From Octopus vulgaris (lineage: Eukaryota), in the NCBI GenBank assembly GCA_951406725.2, contig OX597834.1:2294001-2358000 (forward strand): DNA of 64,000 bases. The letters run 5' to 3'. Below, piece by piece: positions 27,414-39,491 of the stretch. Below the pieces are notes generated by a model. It was not told where the DNA came from, searched no databases, and saw nothing but the letters and a program-made list of their open reading frames with translations. The position numbers and the translations under genes were made by a program. Position 1 is the first letter of the stretch; each line of letters starts with the position of its first letter.

Positions 27414-28514
27414 AATGTTGAAAACACATGGTTGAAGAATTACATAAAAGCAGACACATATTGGTAAGACAGGCTGGGATCTATTATACTGTATCATATA
27501 TATATGTGTATATATATATATAAACACATACATATATAATAATGTGTGCATACAATGATAACACATGGTTGAAGACTTTACAAAAGTACAGAGACAGACA
27601 GACGTGTGTGGTACACTGAAGGGTGTCCTAAAAACCACTAAAGAGGTTTGAAATCGTAATAACCTTTAATTAACACACGAAAACTAATGATTTGTTCAAT
27701 CAATTGGTGAGTTTAAGGATATCTGTGTATATATATTTGTGTATATATGTACATACTGTGGAACTTCTGGTATGGAGGAACAAAAAAGCCGTTGTCTTAA
27801 ACGTGCATGTCTTGATTCAAATATTTAATAATTAGTAAAAAAGACACAATAATTAATTAATTAATCAAAGCTATTAATATATAAACAATTGTGAAACAGA
27901 AACGGTCAAAAAGAAATTTGTTTTTAAAGCAGTTTCACTCTGATCTTTCTCACGTTGTGATTTCATATCCGTCCCGGATGAAAGGAACTTCGAAGCAGCT
28001 AGAAACAGCAGCCAAATGCGCCTCCCAACATCACAGCTGAGAGTCTTTGATAATGATTTAAACGGGGGGAGGTGCTAGATAAAGTGATTAGAGGCAGAAT
28101 ACACCTGAATAGAAGACAGGATGGTCACGACCGGGACATTGTTTAATGATGGTAAGGTTTCTCTTGTTACATCAGGACTGACCTGGGACTTGGAGCTGAA
28201 CAATCTTTGGGCGAATAAACGACATTCATGCCTCTTCGTTAGGAATTTACCATTAATACAAGTTCATTTAACGAGATTTTATGCTTAATTTTGGTTTCTT
28301 TGAGGTTTTTTTTGCGTCTTTTGATTGGAAAATGTGATTTTTTTTTGTTTGTGAAACACGAGAGAAAATGTTTTTGTTGGTGAATAAAATGCAATAACGG
28401 TAAATAAGAGGACGTCCAGGCGAAAGGACGGATTTGGATGGGATTAGAGGGAAGAGAAGGGATTAGGAGAGAAATCGGAGAGGTTGAGATAATGGAAGGA
28501 ATTGTGTTACTTAC

Positions 28515-29100
28515 GGGAAATGGAGGCAAAACACGAAGAAGAAGAAACACGAAGAAGACGACGATCGGAGACGGATTCTTTGGTGGGAAACAGAGAGTTC
28601 AATATGGCGGTAGTGTGGGATATTGCGTGAGGAGTGGTGATAGGAGAGGATAGCGAGGGAGGGAGAGAGAGAACTAGTGACTGAGTGGGAGAGGGGGACA
28701 GCGATGGAGGACGGAGAGGAAAGAAGTGAGAGGAGTATATAGGAGAGAGAGAGGAGCGAGAGAAGAAGGGGAGTGAGTAAAGAAGGAGTGGGAGAGAGAG
28801 ACAGGAGAGGTAGTGATGTAGAAGAAGGAGCAAAAGAGTGAGAGGAGTGATAAGGAAAGAGAGAAAGAAGAGTAAGACAGAGAAGAATGAGGGAAGTAGA
28901 GTTAGAAAAAGACAGATCAGAGTGAAAGAGAGAGGATGAAGAGAAAGTAAGAGGGTAAGAGAGAGGAGGAAGGGAAAGTAAGTGAGAAAGAGTGGGTGGT
29001 AGAGAAGTGAAAAAGAAAGAGAAGCAGAGACAGAGAAGTGTAATATTCACTTCCGGTTAGACAGTGCGGAGCGGGGTTTACCGGTGTAACAGTTTAGTAG
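28515..29100 (-). promoter_or_regulatory. Putative PRPF38B promoter and first exon
   Basis: Consensus GTAAGT donor at 28514 (minus), YY1-like AATATGGCGG at 28601-28610, ETS-like CACTTCCGG at 29048-29056, and locally retained CpGs. Confidence 0.5.
28640..29040. repeat. About 400-nt polypurine (GA-rich) low-complexity tract
   Basis: Almost only G and A on the plus strand. Confidence 0.9.
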
Positions 29101-29757
29101 TTTAATGGTTTAATGGGTTAGACGCACTGTTTTTTTTATTTGAGCGATTTTCTTAAACGGACATTCTCTTATTCCAGAACGAACTTGTTTCTTTTGTCTG
29201 TTGTTCTTCGTCCATGTCCGCACGTGTATGTGTGTATCTGTGTCTGTATATTTACATAGATATATATATAAAGAAGAAAAAAACAAACAAAAACAGACGA
29301 TGATGTGTAGTGATGTTTATTCATTTATAAAAATCAAGGCGTTTTGTCTGAATTTCGCCCGAAAGAGACTCGGAAACATGCGCACTTGAATGTGTGGTAA
29401 GAACTTTGCTCCCCACCTGCATGATTCCGGGTTCAGCCCCATCTTCCGTGGGGGCCTTCTGCTATATAGCCCGGACCGACCAAAGCCTTGAGAATAGATT
29501 TGGATTTGGTGACGGAAACTGAAAGAAGCCCGTCGTATGTATGTATGTATTATGTAAGACCTTGTGTTTGTCTTTGTTCCGCATTGCTGTTTGACAACCG
29601 GTGTTGGTGTATTTACGTCCCCGTAACAGCGATTCGGCAAAAGAGACCTATAGAATAAGTACCAGGCTTTAAAAATGATACTGGGGTTGATTCGCTCAAA
29701 CAAAATGCCCCAGGATGGCCGCGGTCTAATGCCGGAAACAAGTAAAAAAAAGAAAAA

Positions 29758-29790
<33 letters not shown>

Positions 29791-29811
29791 GTCTGTCTGT
29801 CTATCTATCTG

Positions 29812-29874
<63 letters not shown>

Positions 29875-31715
29875 GTGTGTCTGTCTGTCTGTATGCATGT
29901 ATGTATAATTGTGTGTGTGTGTAGTAAATTGTCGATGTGGTGGACAAATTGGAAGGGAAACTGCGGAATCGAAGATTGAAACTGAAAGACATGGATGCTG
30001 TTCTGCAATATTCTGGGAATAAAACGAAGTCTTTATACAATCCGCATTCCTACTTCCATACAAAAAATATCTCTTCTGGTTATACACCAGGGTTCGACGA
30101 TTTATATATTTTCTGACTGTAATTATTTAATCTAATAAAAGGGGAGATTTTTTTTGAAAAGCAGTAATTGTTTTTGAAGAGCGGAAACAAGAGAACGAAG
30201 AAAGAAGACAGACCACGGCGCGTACAGAGTGAAAGTTGTGTGTGAGCATTTCTTGGAAACGGCAACAAATACCTGGAAAAGAGTTTTCTCTTTTCATTTG
30301 CTGTGGTGGTTAAGATGCTCTCTTTGCGACCATATGGTTTTAGGTTCTGTCCACACACACTATGTGTGTGTATCAACCTGTCTGTGTTTGTGTTTGGCCC
30401 CCCCCCCCCATACCGTTTACATCTCCTTAACCTAACGGTTCGGTTAAAGTGACCGATGGAATAAATAAATGGCTTGAAAGAATAATGACCAGGGTCAAAT
30501 TGTTTGACTAAGCTGGGTATGGACAACCCTTTTTCGTCCTCAGGCAGGCCGCACAGCTAAAAAAAATTCAAGGTAATTCTTCATTAGGTGCTCCATGCAG
30601 AAACTCCCGCGGGCCGCACTGCCCTCCCCCTCCTGGTCAAAGGAAGACGGTGACGATCTTCACAATAGATTCAGCTGATAGTTGGATCTGTCCTGTGCGC
30701 GATAGTAAATGTTCGACATAACTCTATAAGTCAGCAATAGTCGGACACTGGTCAAGTGCTTGCGGAATAGATTTTGGTTGCTCTGCATGCTTCCTGCACA
30801 GGCCCAACTGACTGCACTTCCATGCTTATAAGAGTTTTTCTCGAACCAACAATGTCCTCAAGTAGCACTGCTGCCAGACCAGGGATTTCTGGAAATTATC
30901 CATGGGCTCTGGCCCAAAAGTCCTCCAGAATAGATCAACCGGTTGATTTTCGTCGGCGCCCCGTTTCCCTGCAAATATCATCGCTCTGGTCCACCACTGA
31001 CCCTTTATAAAACACCAACGAGGAACTTCCACTGGTTGCATTGCCCGACTGACACGAGGTTGTGAGTGTTTGGCAACATTGTTCTGTCTTTTGATTTTGA
31101 CAAAAGAGGTTGTGTGGTGGTCCAAATTAAAAGGTTTGAAGACAGACACCTTCATTTTTGGCCAAACCTTCGTCATTCTTTTAAGTTTCACTTGAAAAGG
31201 AAAGTGAAGGTGGAGAAGGGCCGTCGTTCAACAAATTTGTTGAAAGGTCGACGAGAGTTGAGAGTAACATGGCATTCCGTCAGCAACGACGATGACTCTT
31301 TGGTTGTCCCTATCAATGGGACAGGGAAATTAACGTGCAAGTGGCTGAGTACTCCGCGGACACACGTACCCTTAACGTAGTTCTCGGGGAAATTCAATGT
31401 GATACAGAATGTGCCTCCTTTGAAATACAGGTACAACTCCTATTTGCCAGCTGAGTGGACTGGAGCAACCACCACCATCACCTCCACCATAATTTTTTTT
31501 CAATTCTTTATGTTCTTAGATCAAATACTGCTGAGATCAACTTTACCTTTCATCTTTCCAAACTCGGTAACAAAGTTCTCGTCAAATACTGTAAAATTGC
31601 ATTCATTACTTTAAAATATTACGAGTATTTTCTTTATTAATCGAAATAAAATATATTAAAGGATAAAAAAATATAAAACAATCTCCCAAGAACTAAGACT
31701 GAACGAAATATTCTC

Positions 31716-32200
31716 AGGCGCAGACGTGGCTGTTTGGTAAGAAGCTTGCTTCCCAACCACATGGTTCCGGGTTCAGTCCCACTGCCTGGCAGCTTGGGCA
31801 AGTGTCTTCCACTACAGAGTTGGGCCGACCAAAGCCTTGTGAGTGGATTTGGTAGACGGGAACATACATATATACACATACATGCACACAGACGTACATA
31901 ATACACATGTAGATATATGCATACACACACATACATGCACACATATATACATGCATGCATACATAAATACATACATACGTATATATATGTATGTGTGTCT
32001 TTGTTCCCCCACCGCTTGACAACCGGTGTTTGTGTGTTTATGTCTCAGTAACGTAGCGGTTTGGCAAAAGGGACTGATAGAATAAGTACCAGGCTTTAAA
32101 GAAGTGAGAACTGGTGTTGGTTTCTTTGACTGAAAATTCTCGAAGGCTGTGCTCCAGCCTGGCCGTTGTCCGATGACCGAAACGGGTAAAATATGAAAGA
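31716..32200 (+). mobile_element. SINE family A copy (left member of a tail-to-tail pair)
   Basis: Full head GGCGCAGACGTGGCTG..., central microsatellite and tail. Confidence 0.85.
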
Positions 32201-32234
32201 AAAGAAACAGTCAGTTTTGATGACACGGGTATAC

Positions 32235-32655
32235 TTTATCTTCTTTTTCTCGTTTCGCGCATTGGACTCCGGCCAGGCTGGAGCACAGCCTTCAAGCATT
32301 TTTAGTCGAAGAAATCAACACCAGTTCTTATTTCTTTAAAGCTTGGTACTTATTGTATCAGTCTCTTTTGCTGAACAGCTAAGTACAAAACATTTGGTAT
32401 TTATTCTATCAGTCAGTTTTGTTGAACCGTTAAGTAACGGGAACGTAAACAAACCGACACTGGCTGCTAAGCAGTAGTTGGCGGGGATAAGCACAACACA
32501 CACACACATGCATAAATGAAGGGTTTCCACACAGTTTCCGTCGACCAAATTTGCTGATAAAGCATTAGCCGGCCCAATGTTCCGTGCAGTAGAATTGAAC
32601 TTGAAACCACATGGCTTCAAAAGGAGCTGCTTAACTACACAGCCACCCCTGCGCC
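32235..32655 (-). mobile_element. SINE family A copy (right member, inverted)
   Basis: Reverse complement of the family A head and tail. Confidence 0.75.
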
Positions 32656-33251
32656 GATACAAATGAAATTATAATAAAAAAAAAAATTGAAATGTCTACT
32701 GACTTTTTTGGCAGTGAAGTTAAAAAGGTGTGTTAAATAAAGGTAATAGTGGTTCCTATTTCGTATCTAAAGGCGAAAGGGTCTCGGAGTGTCTTCAGGT
32801 TCTCCTGAAAACCTCACAGAAACAGGAATTCATCCTGGGTTTACTCAAGTTTTTCAAGGGAGGTAAATACAAATACGAATTACAAAGTTACTTCCCTTGA
32901 ATTTATATCTCATTTTTTGCTTCCTTGACAACCAGATGTAACAAGAACAGACATCTGGAACCGTCTACTACTACTACTACTACTCTGCAATATGTTACGC
33001 ATGACAAATTTGTACCTGTAGACTATATGGTGAAAAGTTAATATATACACATTCAATTATACATACAATACGCTTGTGTTTGGAAATGCAATTAAGAAAA
33101 GAGAAATGACCCCCACAACATCAGCTGATCACAATTTACTCGACAACTATTCGGAGTTTGAATCGTGAGGGCGTCCGCCGAGACCGTCTGGGAGTGACCA
33201 CACACACACGTGTGTATGTGTCTATGTTTGCATGTGTACATATATGAGAAA

Positions 33252-33470
33252 ATGGCCGGAGCTGAACGCTTTGTCGAAGCCAAGATGAACCAGAGAAAAG
33301 TTTTGCTCTTCTGCAAGAGTTACGTTCCCGCTTGTCAGCGTATCATAGAATTACTGGAACCATTAAATTTGGACAGTCAAATTTACGAGATTGTCTTCAT
33401 CGATAAAAGACAGGACGTTGTTCAGATCGAAAACTACTTTCAAGTGTTATGTCTCGGCGACAGCCGTGAG
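33252..33470 (+). CDS. GLRX: Glutaredoxin-1-like protein, exon 1 (MAGAERFVEAKMNQRKVLLFCKSYVPACQR...LGDSRE)
   Basis: ATG at 33252 in AAAATGG context, 73 codons, GAG/GTGAGT donor. Aligns to the Grx1 pattern FV..KI...KVVVF.K..CPYC...E.VDI. Confidence 0.88.
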
Positions 33471-33613
33471 GTGAGTGGAAACAGATTAAGAGGCATTCAT
33501 GCATTTCCTTTCACCTTTATTTTCTTTACCTTTTACTTGTTTCAGTCATTAGACTGCGGCCATGCTGGGGCACCACCTTCAAGAACTTTTAGTCGAATGA
33601 ATCGCCCCCAATA

Positions 33614-33652
<39 letters not shown>

Positions 33653-35956
33653 CGTTAAATGATGATGATGATGATGATGATGAAAGCCTGGTACTTATTT
33701 TATCAGCTTCTTTTGTCAAACCGCTAGGTGACGGGGTCATAAGCACACCAACACTGGTTGTCAAGCGTTGTGGTGGGCAAACACACACACACAAACATAA
33801 ATATGTACGATGGGCTTCTTTCAGTTTCCACCTACCAAATCCATTCGCAAGGCTTTGGTCGGCCTAGTGCTATAGTAGACATTTGCCCAAGGTTCCACGC
33901 AGTGGGGCTGAACCCGGAATCATGTGGTTGGGAAGTAAGCTTCTTAGCACACAACCACTCCTGTTAGTACGGATCCGCTTGTTGTTGTTGTTGTTTAGCC
34001 CCAGGCCATTGCTGATCAAGAAGACCTATGATTAAATGTATTTCTGTCATGGCCATTTCATATTACTTTGACTTAATGTATCAAGGACTACAATACCTTA
34101 TGTGTCCCTTTATGCTGATGTTCTCCTGGTCAAAGCTGAAAGTACGTCTAGGACTACGTTATATAGTGTGTCCTTGTTTAGTCGTCGGCCACCCTTGATC
34201 AAGCAGACCTATGATCAAATGTGACCCAGCCACGACAATCCTGTCACATTCAGACATAGAACATCAAGGACTACTTTATCTAACGAGTCTCTCCAAATCA
34301 TTGCTTTGTAGAATAGTCTTCCCTTCTTTCATTATAAATTCCACTGAAGTATCAGCGAAATTTTACAATAAATTATGGAACAGTGCAATCAAATAAAGGT
34401 TTAAAATTAGCCAAATAAAGAGCTCCGTTGGTGAGAAAAGTATGAAAGCTCATACCTCTTGTTATGCAATACATTCGGGTACTTTCTCAAGGACAATGGT
34501 GACAGTTGCATTCAAGGTTATGATGGACAGGTAATTTTCCCTGACCTGAGGTCACCAGATAAAGGCAGGACAGGGATGGACAGTGCTCCCTGCTCCCGAA
34601 TCTAAAAGACAACATATAATTATTGAAACTTATCTTGAAATCGTTTGTTGTGAGTTTCATCACCCTTTAAACCACTGATTTGGAAACGCAGAATCCCTTC
34701 AGTGGTCAAGTGGATCGATTTCAGGAGTGGCAGTGGGATTCCTGGGGCAATCTTATACTTTTTTCTGTTGTACTACGATGTTGTCTAGACAGGAGTAGTA
34801 ACTTTAATATTATGCACTTTAAAAGTTTTATGATATTTATGTGTATTTGAGAAATGGTGTTTAATGAAGCTTCCAAAGAGTGTTTCTTTCTGTCTTTGTA
34901 GGGACATAAAAGTTAAACGGATGACCGAACCGAGTGCATGTTCTTTTGGTGTAAATCAACGAATATAAAGGACGTAGTTTCATAATTGTCTTAACAAAAT
35001 ACAAATGTTAATAACTACAATGGGAAATCCGTAGCTTTTATTGCTTTGTAGTCATAAACATTACACATATGTATACTTTATTCACATGTATTGAAGCACG
35101 AATTTCGAGTGGCCAGCGTTGACAAACACCAACAAAGGTGAAATGCGACTGTTGTCGTCCTCGTGAGTCGCTACAACGACGGCGATCATCTCGTTCTCAC
35201 AGACATTGTTTTTAACACAAGTCTATGGAAAGATTTTATCTCGGACTACTGCATGGCATCATGTCTCCTAACGATGTGTATAAATTTTATGACACATAAA
35301 CAGCGATTATTTTGTTTTGTTTCAAATGGTGTGGTACTTTACACACGTATATATGTATTTTTCACCCTTTCTTTTAAACGCTAAGGTACCTCATGCACAT
35401 ACATATGTATATTTACGTACATATATTTGTTTCTCTTTCTATTAAACGTTAAGGTGTCTCAGTACCTTACACACATATAGTTGTGGTTTTATTAAAGTTA
35501 GTGCGTAATCCTGCCTATAAATTGATTGATTGAATGTGGTAATTAAGCTTTCATTTTTATATTATTCTATGGAAGACTATTACATTATACTATGGAAGAC
35601 GGTAGGGATTATAACTTTTGTATGACTTAATGGATTGGTCACTGTTTAGTTATGTATTTAGGAGTTGGTTGTAATTTACTTATTGAAATCATTTACCGAT
35701 ACGGTTGTATATAGGGTAAAAGTGTTTGGAGGTTGTGGTTTCTTTGGTCTGTTCCCTAACAACACTTATTTTAGTGCTGTTGACACCCCCGGATTGAATG
35801 GTACTGCCCAGGTGTCAAAACCACAATGATATCCGTGGGGCAGCTCATGATGGGGTATGTTGGATTGTTGCTATGGCTGTTTTTGTATATGTGGAATAGG
35901 ATTATAACACATCCTTTTGATATATATATATTTCTCATTATCTTTTAAACATTAAG

Positions 35957-36175
35957 GTACCACAATTGTTTATCTGTGGCAAGTACTTTGGTGGTCCAGA
36001 GAAAATCTTCTATTGGAACAAATTAGGGAAATTGGCTGAGAAAATCTTTGAAGCTATACAGATATTCGATGAGGCTGTGCCAACATCTGCACAAGAGTTG
36101 TCTACATCGGAGTCTGTCACGAAACCAGCACCAAAGACTGTACTTGAAGAGGGGACAACTGATGGATTATTCTAG
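35957..36175 (+). CDS. GLRX: Glutaredoxin-1-like protein, exon 2 (VPQLFICGKYFGGPE...TTDGLF*)
   Basis: AAG acceptor ending at 35956, phase 0. Grx VP.vF.....GG motif, TAG stop; 145 aa in total. Confidence 0.88.
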   Translation, partial: VPQLFICGKYFGGPEKIFYWNKLGKLAEKIFEAIQIFDEAVPTSAQELSTSESVTKPAPKTVLEEGTTDGLF

Positions 36176-38668
36176 GTACTCAGTGGAATTACCAAAGGAG
36201 TATGTTATGATGGACCCTATAGAGTATATAACACGGGTGTAAAGCAGATATTCTTTCTGGGTTTGATAGGGAGAACCATTTCCAAAATATTTCCTGATAA
36301 ACTAAACGGTATTATGAAATTTGGTATTGTTTTCTTAATAATTTTATTTTAGTATTTTATTGTTCTATTGGTTTATTTATTAGGTTGTGGCCATGCTGGA
36401 GGACATAACCTTCAAGTTGTTATTTCTTTTGTTTGGGGGGATTATGTAAAGCAGCAGCATTTTGGGGGTGAATTCCAATGATGCTGACGAAAATGAAAGG
36501 GGGAAGTAATCACTGCTGTAAAGGGAGATAACCACGTGAACATGTGTGTGTGTGTATGTACATACACACACATATATGCATTCATCATCATCAACATTAA
36601 CGTCTGTTTTCCATGCTGGCATGGGTTGGACGGTTTGACAGGAGCTGCGCGAGGCTCCATTCTGTGTTGGCAGGGTTTCTACAGCTGGATGCCATTCCTA
36701 ATGCCTACCACTTTACAGAGTGGAAAGGGAGCTTTTTATGTGGCACCAGCATCAGTGAGGTCCTCAAGTAACTTGCAGTACAAGACCCCCTCCCCACCTC
36801 AATTGGAGGGAGTAGTATTGATGATGATGATGTTAATGATGATAATACACATACACACACAGATATGCTTGAACAGTTATCTAAAGAGACTACCTCAAGG
36901 AAGATGGTCATGAAATAAACTGCCAAACCACACAGACATAACTGTGCTCTAAGGCCCAGCAATATACCTACATATACACAATAGCACACACGTCTTTATA
37001 GAATATATCATCATCATCATTTAACGTTCGCCTTCCATGCTGGCATGGGTTGGACGATTTGACTGGAAACTGGTAATCTGCACCAGATTCCGATCGGATT
37101 TGGCAAGGTTTCTATGGTTGGATGCCCTTCCTAATGCCAACCACTCCGAGAGTGTTGTGGATGTCTTTTACGTGGCACAGGCATGGGTGCCATTGATCTC
37201 ACACCGGCATCAGCCACGACTACGGTCTCACTTGGCTGGACAGATCAACACAAGCCAAAGGTGTTGGTCACCTGTCTCTGCCTCCATGGGGCCAAGCACT
37301 TGAATGGTGCTTCTTACATGCCACAGACACAGGTGCCAGTCAGATGGCACTGGCACCGGCCATGGCTACAGTTTCACTTGGTTCAACAGGTCTCCACAAG
37401 CACAGCAGATTGCCCAACGTTTGAAGGGGGATTTTATATTTAAGTTAATGTTTGTTTTTGTGTTCAGTTATACTAAAAACAATTAGTCCAATGATGGCTT
37501 AGCTTGCCAAAACTTCAAAGTCACTATCAACAACATTTTTGTTTAAGAATAATATATTTATATTTATATATACATGTATAATTATATTCCACAATTTACT
37601 TCAGAAATGCGAAGCAGTACCCTTGGCCCTTGACACCCACATCCCCGTCCCTCACTGACTGGTTGGGTAGTTTGAACTTCTGCCATTTCAGATTTGGGAG
37701 GAAAACATGTAGGGCACTCCAGTGGGAAGCATTTGTGAAGGGGAAGGATTGGGCAGTTAGTTTTGAGGTGGGAGCAATGGGCTTACGTGCGAATGGTACC
37801 CAGTTTAATAGATGAGAGGAGCAGAGACTGTAGTAGTAGAAGGGAAAAAGAGTGGACACAGTGTCACAGTGAGCCAGGGGTTTGTGTTGTTGTTATTTAG
37901 CCCTAGGTCAGTCTCGAATGAGCAGATCTATGACTGTGTGTTCCAGCTGTGACAGTCCAAACCTTTTTTACAGGATGGTTGAAGAGTGATTTGACACATA
38001 GCTGTTACTTCTAGCAGGCAAAAGAACCATGCCCCTGGACCTTTTGGAAGGTCTGTCTCACGAGTAGATGCCAGGGTATATAATCTTGGGTGTATAATCC
38101 ATAATGTGTGATGATGTATGTGTGTGGGGTAGGGGGAAGGTGTACTGACCCAGAAAGGTCATCGGTTATCCAGTGACGGCCATTCATTGGCACTGTAAAA
38201 GGGTTGTAACTGATGGCTGACCAGGTATAAAAAGAGGTCAGCCTCTAGTGTGGTGGATATCAGTACCACTTCTATTATGACCACCACCACCACCACCACT
38301 GCCTGCTCTTTGATTGCTCTTTTTAGCATGTCAAGTCGACCACATAGAGGTGCACTTGTGATGATAAAGTCAGAAATGGAAAGTGATAGTGAAAATGGTG
38401 GTGATGGTGGTGGCAAGGTCTGCTGTGGGAGGTGAGGTTAGTGGTGGTGGTGGGTGTGAGATCTCTAACAAATTAATCAAATGTGACCCCAGGAAACTGG
38501 GGCTGAAACTGAGATTGTTAAAAACCCTTGAAGGTTGGTTTTAACCTGAAGCATTTTATAAACCCATGTGGTGAGTAAGGACCCTAATTTTTATAAACTC
38601 TGGGAGTAGGGTTGAAGATCCAGCACTTAAGAAACCATTAACATAAATATATATGGTGGATGAGACAA

Positions 38669-39020
38669 GAATTCAAAGGCCCCTTAAGGTGGGGTTGGTG
38701 TTAACTCTCTGGTAGTCCATGAACCCTTAGGGAGTCAGATGGGCTGAGCTGGCCAGGGAATTTAAAGGACAGTTGGGGTAGAGCTGGTGTTACTCTCTGG
38801 TAGTCTGAACCCTTAGGGAGTCAATTGAGCTGAGCTGGCCAGGGAATTCAAAGGAGTGTTGGGGTAGAGTTGGTGTTACTCTCTGATAGTCTATGAACCC
38901 TTAGAGAGCCAGTTAGGCTGAGTTGGACTGGAGAATTCAAAGGGCTGTTGGGGTAGGGTTGGTGTTAATATCTAGTTTTTCACGAACCCTTAAGGGGTCA
39001 GCTAGGATGGGTGGGGCCAG
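38669..39020. repeat. Four diverged tandem copies of an ~88-bp unit next to the ASB stop codon
   Basis: Units begin GAATTCAAAGG-like at about 38669, 38758, 38843 and 38932, and share TGGTGTTA...GAACCCTTA. Confidence 0.85.
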
Positions 39021-39036
39021 GCTTCAACATTTTACT

Positions 39037-39491
39037 TCATACATTTAAAATATCATGTCGGAGTTTTATAGGTATCTCCAATAGATGTACTCGCTGGTGG
39101 AGTTGGTCCTTTATAATATCTCGGATGTAAGTCATACAAATAAGTTTTAAGTTTATCGGTCTGTACATGTGTTCTATGAGCTTCTTGGCGGTGTCTGGGC
39201 AGAAGTGATCATTTTTGGAATATGTGTAGGTAAGGAACCTCCGGAATTGGAACAGTTTACAGTGGCGCTGTGTTGGGGTGACAACATCCAACACAGAATA
39301 CAACAAATTCAGATTTTGTTTGAGGATATTCCGCAACCAAACGCCCTGTTTCTGGTAGGCTCTGCAATCAATGATGGCGCCACCTTGAAGAAGTTGTCGG
39401 AGAATGGTTAAGTCACACTTGGTGTACTTTCCATGTGAAGCTTGAGATTTCTTTAACACTTGGTCCAGTTCATAGCAGACAGGGCTGTAAC
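39037..39491 (-). CDS. Ankyrin repeat and SOCS box protein, last coding exon (SOCS box RPINLKLICMTYIR...LLEIPIKLRHDI)
   Basis: TTTCAG acceptor at 39493-39492, phase 1. C-terminal BC-box and cullin-box pattern. Confidence 0.88.

Noticed and set aside
28507-29050. 179-aa and 108-aa Leu/Ser-rich ORFs
   Set aside because: Products of the polypyrimidine strand with non-ATG starts and no recognisable domain.
30630-31300. Unique-looking segment with a 121-aa ORF
   Set aside because: Only a faint resemblance to an RTE C-terminus, with no splice or domain support.
32855-32899. 12-bp inverted repeat CAAGGGAGGTAA/TTACTTCCCTTG, with the motif also near 50305 and 2727
   Set aside because: Too short, and likely a remnant of a dispersed repeat rather than a shared regulatory site.
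33321-33335. Selenocysteine explanation for the missing glutaredoxin Cys
   Set aside because: The codon is GTT (Val), not TGA, and the ORF ends in TAG.
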